This document shows positions 12,780-24,717 of a DNA stretch of 64,000 bases, piece after piece (position 1 is the first letter of the stretch; the number at the start of each line of letters is the position of its first letter). The DNA comes from Mobula hypostoma (lineage: Eukaryota), in contig NC_086097.1 in NCBI RefSeq assembly GCF_963921235.1, positions 208,012,001-208,076,000 of the forward strand, written 5' to 3'. Below the pieces are notes generated by a model, which made no database searches, had not been told where the DNA came from, and saw only the letters and a list, made by a program, of their open reading frames with translations. The position numbers and the translations under genes are program-made.

Positions 12780-13660
12780 GCGAGTTGGAGCAGGTTGAGG
12801 GCAGCGAGGGCTCGCAGAGAGGCCCAACTCCGGACTGCATCGGCGCTGACAGGAGGGCAGGCCGGGCACCCCTCACTGCACGCCGCCGCACCAAGAAGCG
12901 GAACCAGGTAGAGCATCCCGTGCTTGCACCGAGAGAGAGACAGCGACACCAGCCAAGGCCACAGGATGGTACGATACGGTACGGTATGGCATAGACAGCA
13001 CACCGACCGCCACCGGAACCCCTGTCTCACCCCCCGGGAGATTGACTCGCATTGCCCGGCTCCGTAGTGGGAGGACACGCGGGGAACCCTCCGTTTTGCA
13101 AATAAAAGCCAAATCAGGGCTCAAACCTCACCTCGGAACAAGCGTAGCGTCACTCTGAAACACTCCGAGTCATGTGACCAATCACATGATTAGGCGGCTC
13201 TTAAAGGGGCAGGGGCAGGGTCGTGGTCGAGTTGAGTTCCATCTGGAAGGAGCTGGTTTCTACCTTGCTCTCTAAAGGTTTCTGTATCCTTAATTACAGA
13301 AACAGGTTTTCAACTCTGTCTAGATGTCTTTTAACCATTCCATAACTCACGTGGACTAGATAATTTAATAATACACGATATGCGGGAGGGGGTGAAAATG
13401 ATAATACCCTTTTCTGACAAGGGTGCCTCAGAATACAGCTCTCCTCTGGTCTAAGGGCGGCGGGGAAATACACGGTTTTCCTGAATTCGCGTATGTAGTA
13501 TTCTTATTCCTTGACCAGGTACAGGGATAAGGTCACATTCCACCCCAAAATATACTTTATTCATAAAATGCACGGCTGTAAGCTATGACTTTGCATACTG
13601 CGCTATAGGTATGTTGGTATATTGACAGTATGTCAAACGGCATAGGTTCTGGCGTCTTCG
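12780..13660 (-). promoter_or_regulatory. ATP6V1H: CpG-rich ATP6V1H promoter / first-exon region with CLEAR/M-box pair, CCAAT, GC-box-like tract and E-box
   Basis: The only CpG-dense non-repeat stretch; GTCATGTGAC 13169-13178, CCAAT 13178-13182, TCACATGA 13182-13189, GGGGCAGGGGCAGGG 13206-13220, CACGTG 13348-13353. Confidence 0.8.
13132..13165 (-). other. ATP6V1H: Probable non-coding exon 1 of ATP6V1H (5' end approximate)
   Basis: Minus-strand donor GAG|GTGAGG (intron starts at 13131) just downstream of the promoter motifs; the coding exon has an acceptor before its ATG, so an upstream exon is required. Confidence 0.6.
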
Positions 13661-14395
13661 CCCTTTCAAATCCTATTGAGGAGTCTCGTCTCGAAACGTC
13701 GACTGTTTAAAAGTTCAAAGTAAATTTATTATCAAAGTACTGTACATGTATGTCACAATATACAGTACAAGACAGATTCATTTCCTTGCAGATATACTTA
13801 ATAAATTCAATAACCGTAATCGAATCAATTAAAGACCTGGTATGCAAAAGATTGCAAACTATACAAATACAAAAACAATCATAAGTAAGCAATAAAAATC
13901 AAGAACATACGATGAAGAGTCTTTGAAAGTATCAGTAGGTTGTGGGAGCAGTTCAGTAATGGGATGAGTGAAGTTATCCCCTCTTGTTCAGGAGACTGAT
14001 GGTTGAGGGGTAATAACTGTGCCTGAAGTTTAGATGCCATTCCGAATCTTTATAAACTAAGGAAGTAGAGGCACTGCAGTGCTTTCTTCATAATCGCACT
14101 TACATGCTGGGTCCAGGACAGGTCCTCTGAGATGATAACACCAAGAAATTTAAAGTTGCTGACCCTCTCCACCTCCGATCCCCTGATGAGGACTCCTCCT
14201 GAAGTGAATAATCAGCTCCTTGGTCTCGCTGACATTGAGGAAGAGGTTGTTGTCGTAACGCCACTCAGCCAAATTTTCAACCTCCTTCCTATATGCTGAT
14301 TTGGCACCACCTTTGATTCAGCCTTTTTCAGTGGTGTTCATTTTCATAGATGCTACCTGACCTGCTGAGTTGTGTGTGTGATTTCCAGCATCTAG
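13660..14395 (+). mobile_element. Old PLE pseudo-LTR (degenerate hammerhead about 13670-13705) split by a minus-strand Rex1/Babar fragment (about 13707-14340)
   Basis: GAGTCTCGTCTCGAAACGTCGACTG, resuming as CATAGATGCTACCTGACCTGCTGAG at about 14345; insert begins with the reversed tail AAAGTTCAAAGTAAATTTATTATC. Confidence 0.7.
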
Positions 14396-14879
14396 TATTT
14401 ATAGATTTTTCCATCCCCAAACATTCCATGGGTATGCAAAATCCTGCACAACTACCAGAGTTGAAATATTCTTGGTTCAACTATATATCCTTAACTGGGC
14501 TTTCTTTCTGTATCCTTTCCATCCCCTTCATTCTGTCATTTGTTTTGTCATTCATAATGTCATATAGTATCCTTCTCATTGCATGAGGAACAATTACTGG
14601 TATCTAGCTGGTCCGTCCGTTTTCTGTCATTCACATCAGAGTTATCAGGAGTCTTTCTTTATGTTGAATTTTTTTTTCATTTTCTTCCCCTTCACGAACT
14701 GCCTTCATCTGCTTGTTTCTCTGCTGCCTTCCCTTTCACTGACTATGGAGGTGGGAGACTGCCATTTGCTGAGACCAAACTTTCCTTTTGCTGCTCAGGT
14801 TCTTGGCTAGAGTCTTGGTGAAACTAGGGGATTTATTTTCCTTTGTGGAAGAATAGGTACAACTTCCCTTTTTTATTAC

Positions 14880-15460
14880 TCTTGTGCAGGAACACGAGAT
14901 GAGAAATGTGGGGTTGGCTTGCCTACCCTGACAACATTTTGGCATTTGCTCTCCTTGCAATGTTTTGGCTGAGGGTCTTCCTGCTTGCAGTTTCTGCAAA
15001 TGATTGCAGTTTAGACTGCTGCCCGTTGCTATAGATGTGATGTACCCTAGTTTCTCCTGCATAGACCAGATAACCTCGAAGTATTATAATCACAAAGCTG
15101 GGGTAGAGATCAATGATGGTTCCTTTTCCATTTATTTTAATCATAACCTTGGCCTGATGTTTGCTTGTCAAGATTCCGAAGAGGTTGTTAACGCTGGTGG
15201 TGTTTCATGTTCCCTAAATGAAGCATTTGTTCCTTTCATTTGGTTGTGACCATTTTCCAACATGAAAACAGAATGAACGCCATCCAAAATAAATCAGGAA
15301 TGTGCACCAGGTTCTTTGAGGTGGGAGACTGCATAGACTTCTGTTATTTCTCCTAGGAGACTACAGCATCTTCAGCTGCCTTGCATTGTTCCAATTATCA
15401 CAATTACCTGAGTATCCTTCAGAGAAAACATTTTGTGGTTTGAATACACAACAGACAAGG
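14880..15460 (-). pseudogene. Highly decayed Tx1/L1-clade ORF1 (ZCCHC3-like zinc-knuckle protein) relic
   Basis: Minus-strand peptides FGILTSKHQAKV (about 15145-15180), RGYLVYAG (15055-15078) and CRNCKQEDPQPKHCKESKC (from 14998), in the order expected for this family, with frameshifts. Confidence 0.55.
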
Positions 15461-16498
15461 AGCTAGTCTTCCTTCCTGTTTTTAACCATCACTCTAAGAT
15501 GTAGTAAAAGCCTTGGCCACCTCTCTGGTTTTCTATCATGGCCAAATGAAAGATCAGGCTACTGTTACCGAAGAAAGGAGTTAGATTAATATCTGACCTG
15601 CATTGAGGTCCATCTTTATAACAGCAAATAAATTCAATCCACAACCCAGAAAAAGAATAGAAACCTGAAAAATTCTCAGATAAAGTTCCAAGGATTTCAA
15701 GGGTGCCAATGCAATTTATTGGCATTCTGTTGGGGGACCAGTTGAAGCAATTTGCTGAACGTTCAATGTCAAGGTGTTTCTTCTCACTGATTGGACAATG
15801 TGGACTAACCAATGTGTAGTCCAAGATCTCTCAAAGTAGCATTAAATGTAAATGAATATTGTAAGCTACTGAGAGATTAACAAAACCAGCACCAGTGATA
15901 TGGCATCTCCCAAAACAATCCTCAATATTTTGGATGAAGTACTGGTATCTACGTAAATCTACAATAAAACTTTTAAATTATAATTTTCCCCAGAAACAAC
16001 TCAAGTCAGTTGTTACCATTTTCTCAAGAGTGCTGAAGAACTTATAAATTTGGACAATGTTGATTTTCTATACATAAAGTTAAAAATCCTGCAGAGTTAA
16101 AAACATGAGATTCTGCAGATGTTGAAAATCCAGAGAGTTAAATGCAAAATACTGGAGGAACACAACAGATCAGGTAGCATCTATGAAAAGGAATAAATAG
16201 AGGGTATTTTGATCTGAAATCCTTTATCAGGACAGGAAAGGAAGGTGGAAGAATAAGAGGTGGGGGAGGGGAATGAGAACAAGCCAGATTGAGATAGGAG
16301 AAGCTAGGTGAGGAGCAAGTTAGGTGGGTAGGGGTGGGAGGAATGAAGTGAGAATCTGAGAGGTAAAGAAGTAAAGGGCTGAAGAAGGGAAAATCTGGTA
16401 AGAGAGGAGAGTAGACCACAGGAGGAAGGGAAGGAGGAGGGGCACCAGGGGTAGGTGATAGGCAGGTGAGAAGAAGAGAAGAGGTAAGAGGCGATCCA

Positions 16499-16720
16499 AT
16501 CACAAACAAGAAAAATCTGCAGATGCTGGAAATCCAGGCAACACATACAAAATGCTGGAGGAACTCAGCAGCCAGGCAACATCTATGGAAAAAAGTACAG
16601 TTGACATTTCAGGGTGAGACCCTTTGGCACCAAAGGGTTTCGGCCTGAAATGTTGATTGTACTCTTTTCCATAGATGCTGCCTGGCTTGCTGAGTTCCTC
16701 CAGCATTTTGTGTGTGTTGC
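16499..16720. mobile_element. Fold-back PLE pseudo-LTR insertion (about 90-bp arms)
   Basis: Arms 16538-16627 and 16630-16720, centre CCCTTTGG-CA-CCAAAGGG; flanking duplication GAGGTAAGAGG at 16481 and 16721. Confidence 0.85.
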
Positions 16721-16745
16721 GAGGTAAGAGGTGAGTCAGAGTAGG

Positions 16746-17803
16746 TGTGGAGGAAAATTAAGCTTGAAAATTAATGGTTAACATTAAGGAATTAAGTTCT
16801 GTTGGTATTGAAGAACTAATAACGCACGGATGAAAATAATACTGTATCTATTAAATAGGGGCCGTGGACAATTTGATTTGATGGAGACAGACGTGAAAGC
16901 ACAGAGGAACATCTGGAAAAATTTCTGAAACGCTGTTTTGCTGCCGCTGTTACTGGGCAATCGAGAATCTTCTGGAGGTTAGGCCCCAAAATGCCCAGCT
17001 TTGCCTGCTGCTGGCAACCAAGACTGAGGTCGAATTGTTCGGACAGAGATGGTGCTCGGTACTCGGAGTCAGAGGGCTGATCAGAGGCTCGAAGTTTTCG
17101 GACGACTCAGAGTCGGACTGTAGTCGGGCATGGCAGGGAGAGTTTTTCTTCCTTCTCCCTTCTGCGTGAGATGTGGGACATTTGAGAGACTTTGAACTTT
17201 GTTACTGTGCTATGGCCTGTTCTTCATCAAGTTATGGTATTGTTGCACTGTTATAACTATATGTTATAATTATTGGTTTTGTTAGTTTTTTCAGTCTTGG
17301 TCTGTCCTGTGTTTTGTGATAGCACACCGGAGGAATATTGTATCATTTCTTAATGCATGCATTACTAAATGACAATAAAAGAGGACTGCGTGTCCTCGTA
17401 ATCTAATAATCCAATGTTGTGCATAAGGAGGAACCCTTAGCCTTCAAATCTACGTGACTAATGACTTTGTTTCTTCCAGTTAATGGGGAACTGATTGTAA
17501 TGGGGAGGTTCCTTCAGCCTTCAAGGGTACAGGACCAACGGCTTGGTTTCTTCTAATTAATAGGGGTCTAATTGTGTATGTGGGGATGCTATATGTCTAA
17601 TTTTGTGTCAGGTATGGAAGCATCCAGAACTTGTCGGTAAGATCTAAGCAGGAACTCTTGACCCCTGAAAACTGCTCAACAGCATGTACAGTATTTTAAG
17701 ATATAAAAGACCTTGCTTGTGTTCGCTTTAGCACATAATAAAGTAATTACCGGGGTCTGTGTCTTTGTTTTATCCTAATCAGTGATAGTAAATTTCTCTG
17801 GCA
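16746..17803 (+). mobile_element. Solo LTR (about 500 bp after removing its insert), 5-bp TSD
   Basis: TG...CA termini; GTAGG at 16741-16745 and 17804-17808; TATAAAA 17702-17708; AATAAA 17737-17742; imperfect repeat of about 80 bp at 17430-17585. Confidence 0.75.
16851..17411 (+). mobile_element. Non-autonomous retroposon with AATAAA and (AATCT)n tail, nested in the solo LTR
   Basis: The 3' end AATGACAATAAAAGAGGACTGCGTG...AATCTAAT recurs, reversed, at 46330-46522. Confidence 0.7.
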
Positions 17804-18546
17804 GTAGGGAATGAAAGAAGAGAGAAGGGGAGGGGGGAAATTACTGGTGCTTAAAGAGCCCCCCTCCCCAAATCTACGTTGGGTCTCATTGATGTTGAGG
17901 AGACAACATTGAGAGCACAAGATACATTAGACAACTCCAACAGACTTACAGGTGAAGTGTTGCCTCACCTGAGAGGACTGTTTGGGGCCCTGATGGAGGT
18001 GAGGGAGGAGGTGAATGGGCAAGGGTAGCACTTCTGTTGCTTGCAGGGATAAGTGGCAGGAGGGAGATCAGTGGAGAGGAATGAATGGACAAGCAAATCG
18101 TGGACAGAGCAATCCTGCAGAAAGTGGAGAATAGAGGTAAAGATTATTTGGTGGTAGGGTCCTGTTGAAGATGGTGGAAGTTGTGGAGAATAATGAGTCG
18201 GATGCTGAGGTTCATGAGGTGATAGGTAAGGACAAGAGGGCATCTATCCCTGTTAAAGTGGCAGGATGATTGGGTGAGGACGGTTGTCCAAGAAGTGAGG
18301 GCAGCATCAATGGTGGAGGAAGGGAAACCCCATTCTTTGAAGAAGGAGGATATCTCTGATGTTCTGGAGTTAAAATTCTTTAACAGATTTCACCATTTTT
18401 AAATCAATTATCATTGCACATTGTTCTAACTCAGTCTGAACAATGAAGAGAAGGACATTCAGGAAATTCATTGCGTTCTCTGTTAAAACCATCCATAGAA
18501 CATGTTCCTTTTAGTAATTTGTAATTGATTTATTATTATCACATGT

Positions 18547-19435
18547 ACAATTGTAGACCGTATCTCGGGTAACGATGAGTTTGAGTACAGAGAGGAAATT
18601 AAGAATCTGGTGGCATGGTGTGAAGACAATAACCTATCCCTCAACATCAGCAAGACAAAGGAATTGGTTGTTGACTTCAGAAGGAGTAGCAGACCGCACC
18701 ACCCACTTTCCATCGGCGGTGCTCAAGTGGAAAAGGCCAAAAGCTTTAAGTTCCTCAGGGTCGATATCACAAATGACCTGACTTGGTCCAACCAAGCAGA
18801 GTCCACTGCCAAGAAGGCCCACCAGTGCCTTTACTTCCTGAGAAAATTAAAAAAATTTGGTCTGTCCCCTAAAATCCTCACTAATTCTTATAGATGCACC
18901 GTAGAAAGCATTCTTCTAGGGTGCATCACAACCTGGTATGGAAGTTGTCCTGTCCAAGACCGAAAGAAGCTGCAGAAGATCGTGAACACGGCGCAGCACA
19001 TCACACAAATCAATCTTCCGTCCTTGGACTCACTTTACACCGCACACTGTCGGAGAAGTGCTGCCAGGATAATCAAGGACACAACCCACCCAGCCAACAC
19101 ACTTTTCATCCCTCTTCCCTCTGGGAGAAGGCTCAGGGGCTTGAAGATTCGTATGGCCAGATTTGAGAACAGCTTCTTTTCAACTGTGATAAGACTGCTG
19201 AACGGATTCTGACCCAGATCTGGGCCGTACCCTCCAAATATTTGGACCTGCTTCTTGTTTTTTTTTTGCACTACCTTGCTTTCCATTTTTCTATTTTCTA
19301 TTTATGATTTAAAATTTAATTTTTTAATATTTACTATCGATTTGTAATCCAGGGAGTGGGAAGCGCAGAATCAAATAACACTGTGATGATTGTACGTTCT
19401 AGCATCAATTGTTTGGCGACAATAAAGTATAAAGA
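18547..19435 (+). mobile_element. Rex1/Babar LINE, 5'-truncated
   Basis: ORF 18610-19212 ([35 protein letters not shown]); same subfamily as 25320-27180. Confidence 0.9.
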
Positions 19436-22314
19436 TAAATGAAAAACTTTGTGTTCCATGCATCCAGATGGATGATTCCAAACATTACATTGAAATAGTA
19501 CAAAAGGAAAACCAATAACAGAACAAACAATATAATGTTACAGTTATGGAGAAACTACAGAGCTGATAGACAAAATAAGGTGCAAGAGCTATGATGAAGT
19601 TGATCGAAAAATCAAGAGCTTATCTTCTCATACAAGAGGTCTTTTCAGGAATTTTAAAACAGCAGATAGAAGCTAATCTTGGAGCTACTGCCACCTTAAC
19701 TTTGAGGAAACTAGAAATAAGAGAAAACAAATGATCCTGACATGGGACGACCAACAGTTTGCATGACCCTTTCGGGACACTCACTCATCCAAAATACATC
19801 CCCCTTCACTGTCACCAAGTCGATAAACTGGAACTGTTACCCAAGAACAATGTGGAAATTGCTTCTCTGATTTTATGTGCTGTAGCCTTGGATCAGCTTA
19901 TCTCAAGTTAAGGCAATTAATGCAAGCTTTAGAATATTATATAAATACTAAAAATGCTGCTAACCAAAGGTTTCCAGTTTTCCTAAAGTGGGTTGTATCG
20001 TCTGGATTGATTTTGGCGAACATAAAACATCGAACAGTACAGCACATGAACAGAAACTTTGACCCACAATGTCTACACTGCACACAATGTCGAATTAAAC
20101 TATATCTCTTCTGCTTGTGAGTGTGCTCTTCAGATTGCAAAGAAGATTACTTTGCAATCTCAAAAACCTGTAGCGCATAAAGCAAGACCTTTAATTAGTT
20201 TTGCCTGGTTCATTTGTTAAATTGTAATTTGCACATTAATGAGGTTAAAAGTTATTGTAAAGCAAGATGAGCTCTGATGATGGTTGAAGAACGGAAGGAA
20301 ACATGACAATCACCCAGAGCTTCGCCTCCACCTTCCTCTCCGAAGGAATATTTAAACTTCTTGAAATATTTGTAAATGCTGTGATTTAGCATTTGGTGTT
20401 AAAGAATAGTAAGTGATGGTTATGAGTCACAGAAGTTATGTTTCTGAAATCATTAAGTCTGCAATTGTGACATAATTAGCTAAGGTATTCTTGTCACCCT
20501 TGCCTAGATGCACTTACAGAAATTCAAAATCTCTCTGAGACAGTCATTACGACCTTTGCAACAGAATTATTTAGGAAGCAGCTATTAAGTATTACTCTTA
20601 AGTTCCACAGACATAGTGAAATGATGAGTAGAGAACTAGGAGGAGATTAGTGCCACTGTGTTCCAATTCAGACAGAATAAGGAGGAAGAAGGGGGATAAA
20701 TGCAGGCAAATTTTGAAGCTTTGTTTCATTTAATTATATCTTGTACAAATCAAGAAATTTTCTTGGTTTGACAGATTGTCAAATGCACTTTCGTAATATG
20801 AGGAAATGGCAAAATATAGCTGAATTTCAGTGTTCTAGTTGGTCTCACAGAATGATAAACCACGTAGTTTATTCATATTGTAAAATGGCCTGACATTTCA
20901 GAATGCAGAACTATTTCGCAATTGTAAGGAGCTGCCTCTGGGAATGTGAAAGAATGCAATAGTGCTAGGTCTCAGGTTTTCTGATTCAAGCCTACTAACG
21001 ATCAGCTACCACCTCTGTATTTATTGCTCTTGCTGTGTTAGAAACTGCTGGTTAGATGTAGTTACACCTGGCAAAGGCATGACACCATAAAACCTGAGAC
21101 AAGCAAATCTGAAGGGACTGACAAAGACACATCAAGGATGACAAAATATTATAGGTGCAATTGCAAAGGGTTGCAGCAGGATCTTAATCACAGGAGGGCA
21201 GACTGCAATGACATCATGCAATAGTCTTGTGGGTTTGCAAGAGAGAGGGGAAGAGTTGTACTGTGCCCAGAAGCTCAATCAAATTAAGAGAGAATAATGA
21301 AGTGATTATGGGCCTGGCAGGACAGTGGTCAGCAGGACAGCATTGCTCATATACAATTCATGTGCCCATATCACAACTCTCCCTTGTTTTACTTCTATTT
21401 TGCAAAATCCTGATGGCTAAAACGTTTACCTGCCTTCTCCTTTTCCATGGTCATAACCTTCCAACTTTCCCATTTCTGTTTACACAATACATGCCTGTTT
21501 TGAGCAGCCCTGAGGCTCAAAGAAGGAAGAAAGCATGTAGTCATTGCACGTTTTGTCGTCATCCACCAGCTTGATCCTGGCAGTACATCTACAGACGAGT
21601 GGAGCTTAAAGGCAGGATGTGCATATGGTAAATCATCAAGTGTATGTATTGTTTCTCAAGATGGCAATGAGATTGTGGCTCAGACTTAGTTGATTTTTAA
21701 GTTTGTAGGGATGGTTTGGGGGACAGAGAGGGAGTTAGAATTCAGAATAGTGGTTAAGGAATGAGGAGGAGTTAGGGGTTATGTTCAAAGTACAGCGATG
21801 TAGATGAGTGGTGAAGGACATCTGCTGTCCAGTACCCGAGACCAGGATTGAACTTGGATCGCTGGAGTTGTGAGTCAGTTGCACTACTAAGAAGGATGAC
21901 TTAACAGAAGCTGATTAAGCTACCAACATATTTTTGAGATGTGGAAGCAAACTGAAGCACTCTCGGTGGAAAACTAAACAGTGCAAGCTCCACACAGTCA
22001 AGACCCAAGGTCCCTTGAGTTATAAGGCAATAGCAATGACATTTTTTTAACTATAGGCACTGATTAAACTCCTAATACTTTGTTTATTTAATGTTATTTT
22101 TACCTATAATTTTCTTAAGTTGACTTGCTCCACTTAATAGTTTGCTCAAATTTATTTTGTGAAGCAAAGTCATGAGTTGACTACTTCCTTCTACAAAAAA
22201 ATTATGGTTAACTTGTGCAATAATTATTTTGAAATACTTAAAAGCTGAATCATTGCAATTGTGCTGAAGCAAGATGGTTCTACATTTATGCCCATTTAGG
22301 AAAAGACCATTATA

Positions 22315-22960
22315 CAATCAGTGGTCACTTTATTAGGTACCTCCTGTCGTTAATAAAGTAGCCACTGAGTGTACGTTCATGGTTTTCCTCTGCTATAGCC
22401 CAATCCACTTCAAAGTTCAATGTGTCATCCATTCAGAGATGCTTTTCTGCACACCACTTTTCTCACGCATGATTATTTGAGCTACTGTGGCCTTTATGTT
22501 GCTATAGCCTATAGCCTATCAACTTCTGCACATGAAGGTTGTAATGTGTGGTTCTTTGAGTTACTGTCATCTTCCTGTCAGCGTTAACCAGTCTGGCCAT
22601 TCTCTTCTGATCTCTCTCATTAATAAGGCATTTTTGCCCACATAAGTGCCAGTCACTGGATTTTTTTTTGGGGGGGGTGTTGAATGATTCTCTGTGAACA
22701 TTAGAGGCTGTTGTGTGTGAAAATCCCAGGAGATCAGCAGTTTCTGAGATACTCAAACCATCCTGTCTGGCACCAGCAATCATTTCACAGTCAAAGTCAC
22801 TTAGATCACATTTCTTCCCTATTCTGATATTTGGTCTGAACAACAGCCGAACCTCTTGACCATTCAGAATGTTTTTATGCATTGAGTTGCTGCTACATGA
22901 TTGGGTGATCAGAAATTTGCATCAACAAGCAGGCGTACTTAATAAAGTGGCCACTGAGTG
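22315..22960 (-). mobile_element. Internally deleted Tc1/mariner element with TIRs and TA TSD
   Basis: TIR CAATCAGTGGTCACTTTATTAGGTAC and its inverted copy ending at 22960; TA at 22313-22314 and 22961-22962; ORF 22502-22882 GKKCDLSDFD...GLSISETADLLGFSHTT is a Tc1 N-terminal HTH. Confidence 0.88.
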
Positions 22961-23267
22961 TAAGTTATTATTTTAGATATTATTCATCTATTGATGAAAT
23001 ATCTATCAATATTATGTAAATTGATAACTTGATTCATGGTCGTGTTTACCATTTTAATAAATATAAGCTGCCGTAACCTTTCATGTCACTTGAAGTAAAT
23101 GGACTCTTTCTAGTCTTGGAGAGAAAATGAAACATTTTCATTTTGAAACTCCAGTTACGCAGCTCTAGGGTGTTGCAATATATAGAAGCTAAATTGTAAG
23201 TTGGAAGCACTGATTTGTTGAAATTTTTCAAGAATATTAAAGTAATTTGCTACCTCATTACTGCTAC

Positions 23268-24015
23268 TCAGAATCAGAATTAGGTTTAATATCACTGGCA
23301 TATGTCATAAAATTTGTTGCTACGTAGCAGCAGTATGTTGCATTATATAATGGTAAGGACTATAAATTACAATAAGTATATATAAATTGCATAATAAATT
23401 AAATAAGCAGGGCAAAAGTAGAGATACCAGGTACTGATGTAGGGTTCGTAAGTTTATTATCCATTCAGAAATATTATGCCGGAGAGGAGGAAGTTATTCC
23501 TGAAATGTTGAGCCTTTTGAAGGTGTCCTCGATGCTGGGGAGGTTAGTGCCCATAATTTGGATAGCAGAGTTAAAAGTTTTTTTTTTAACAGCTTTTTCA
23601 ATCCTGTGCATTGGCCCCTCCATTGCAGACAATGATGTAGTCAATTAGAATGTTCTCCACGGTAATCTGTAGAAATTTGCGAGTGTCTTTGGTGCCATAC
23701 CAATTCTCTTCCAAGTCCTAATGAAGTTAAGCCACTGCTGTGCCTTCTTTGTAACTGCATCAGTATGTTGGGCTCAAGAGAGACTCTCAGTGATGTTGAC
23801 ACCCAAGAACTTGAAACTTCTTATCCTTTCCACTTCTGATCTCTCAATGAGGATTGGAATGTGTTCCCTGGACTTCCCCTTCCAAAGTCCACAATTAATT
23901 CCTCGGTCTTACTGACATTCAGTGCAAATTTGATGTTGATTTATCTCCCTCGTCACCATTGAAATTCTGCCAACAGCAGTTATGTCATCAGCAAATTTAT
24001 AGATGGAATTTGAGC
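23268..24015 (-). mobile_element. Decayed Rex1/Babar LINE
   Basis: Reversed (GATTCT)n tail TCAGAATCAGAAT at the start; reverse-strand FKFLGVNI and YKFADD remnants. Confidence 0.75.
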
Positions 24016-24411
24016 CAACCGTACGGCATTTTCATAAGAGAAGACATTCAACTATAGTGATAATGAACGATGCAGATTATTTACAACTCATAATTATAAA
24101 TAAAAATTGTCCATATCTGTCAATTCAAAGCCAACCTTAAAGCTAGCATCACAAGTTCAGATTATAATGCTGCAGCCTGCATGTAGATGAGAAAGGAGCC
24201 AAACATTGTTATTGGATGATTTGAAGTTATTGAGGGAGTTATTGGATGAAAACCATGTTATCAATTGTGTGCCCAAGGTCAAAATGGGGTGAAGAAAATA
24301 TTTATATTATGGAGACAGTGACAGAAAATTGTATTGCTGATTATAGCAATTTGGTGTCAAAGGTTAGAAACTTGACTCTAGTTGGCATCATCAGCAAGGT
24401 TTAGTAAAGAT

Positions 24412-24717
24412 GTGTCGGCGCGTGGCCAAGTGGTTAAGGCATCGGTCTAGTGATCTGAAGGTTGCTAGTTCGAGCCTCAGCTGAGGCAGTGTGTTGTGCC
24501 CTTGAGCAAGGCACTTAACCACACATTGATCTGCAACGACACTGGTACCAAGCTGTATCGGCCCTAGTGCCCTTCTCTTGGACAACATCGGAGGCATGGA
24601 AAGGGGAGACTTGCAGTATGGGCAACTGCCATTCTTCCATACAACCTTGCCCAGGCCTGCGCCCTAGAAACCTTCCAAGGCGCAAATCCATGGTCTCATG
24701 AGACTAACGGATGCCTA
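24412..24717 (+). mobile_element. tRNA-derived SINE with CORE-like central domain, 11-bp TSD
   Basis: A box TGGCCAAGTGG 24423-24433; B box GTTCGAGCC 24468-24476; GTGCCCTTGAGCAAGGCACTTAACC resembles the CORE motif; TSD TTAGTAWAGAT at 24401-24411 and 24718-24728. Confidence 0.85.

Larger units (their letters stand above)
16095..18370 (-). mobile_element. Old PLE 3' half (GIY-YIG region and pseudo-LTR) carrying nested insertions
   Basis: ORF 17965-18243 DLPPATYPCKQQKCYPCPFTSSLTSI is homologous to the young PLE; pLTR-like end at 16100-16235. Confidence 0.8.

Noticed and set aside
12681..13124. Overlapping ORFs in the CpG-rich region
   Set aside because: Expected by chance in GC-rich sequence; no recognisable protein; they lie in ATP6V1H intron 1
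21491..21627. MPVLSS... ORF as RGS20 exon 1 or a TGA-readthrough selenoprotein
   Set aside because: Resemblance to human MPQLSQ is only four residues, there is an in-frame TGA, no RGS domain or cysteine string occurs in the window, and I see no SECIS evidence
24417..24490. tRNA gene
   Set aside because: A and B boxes are present, but the sequence continues into a SINE body flanked by a TSD, with no Pol III terminator after the tRNA-like part
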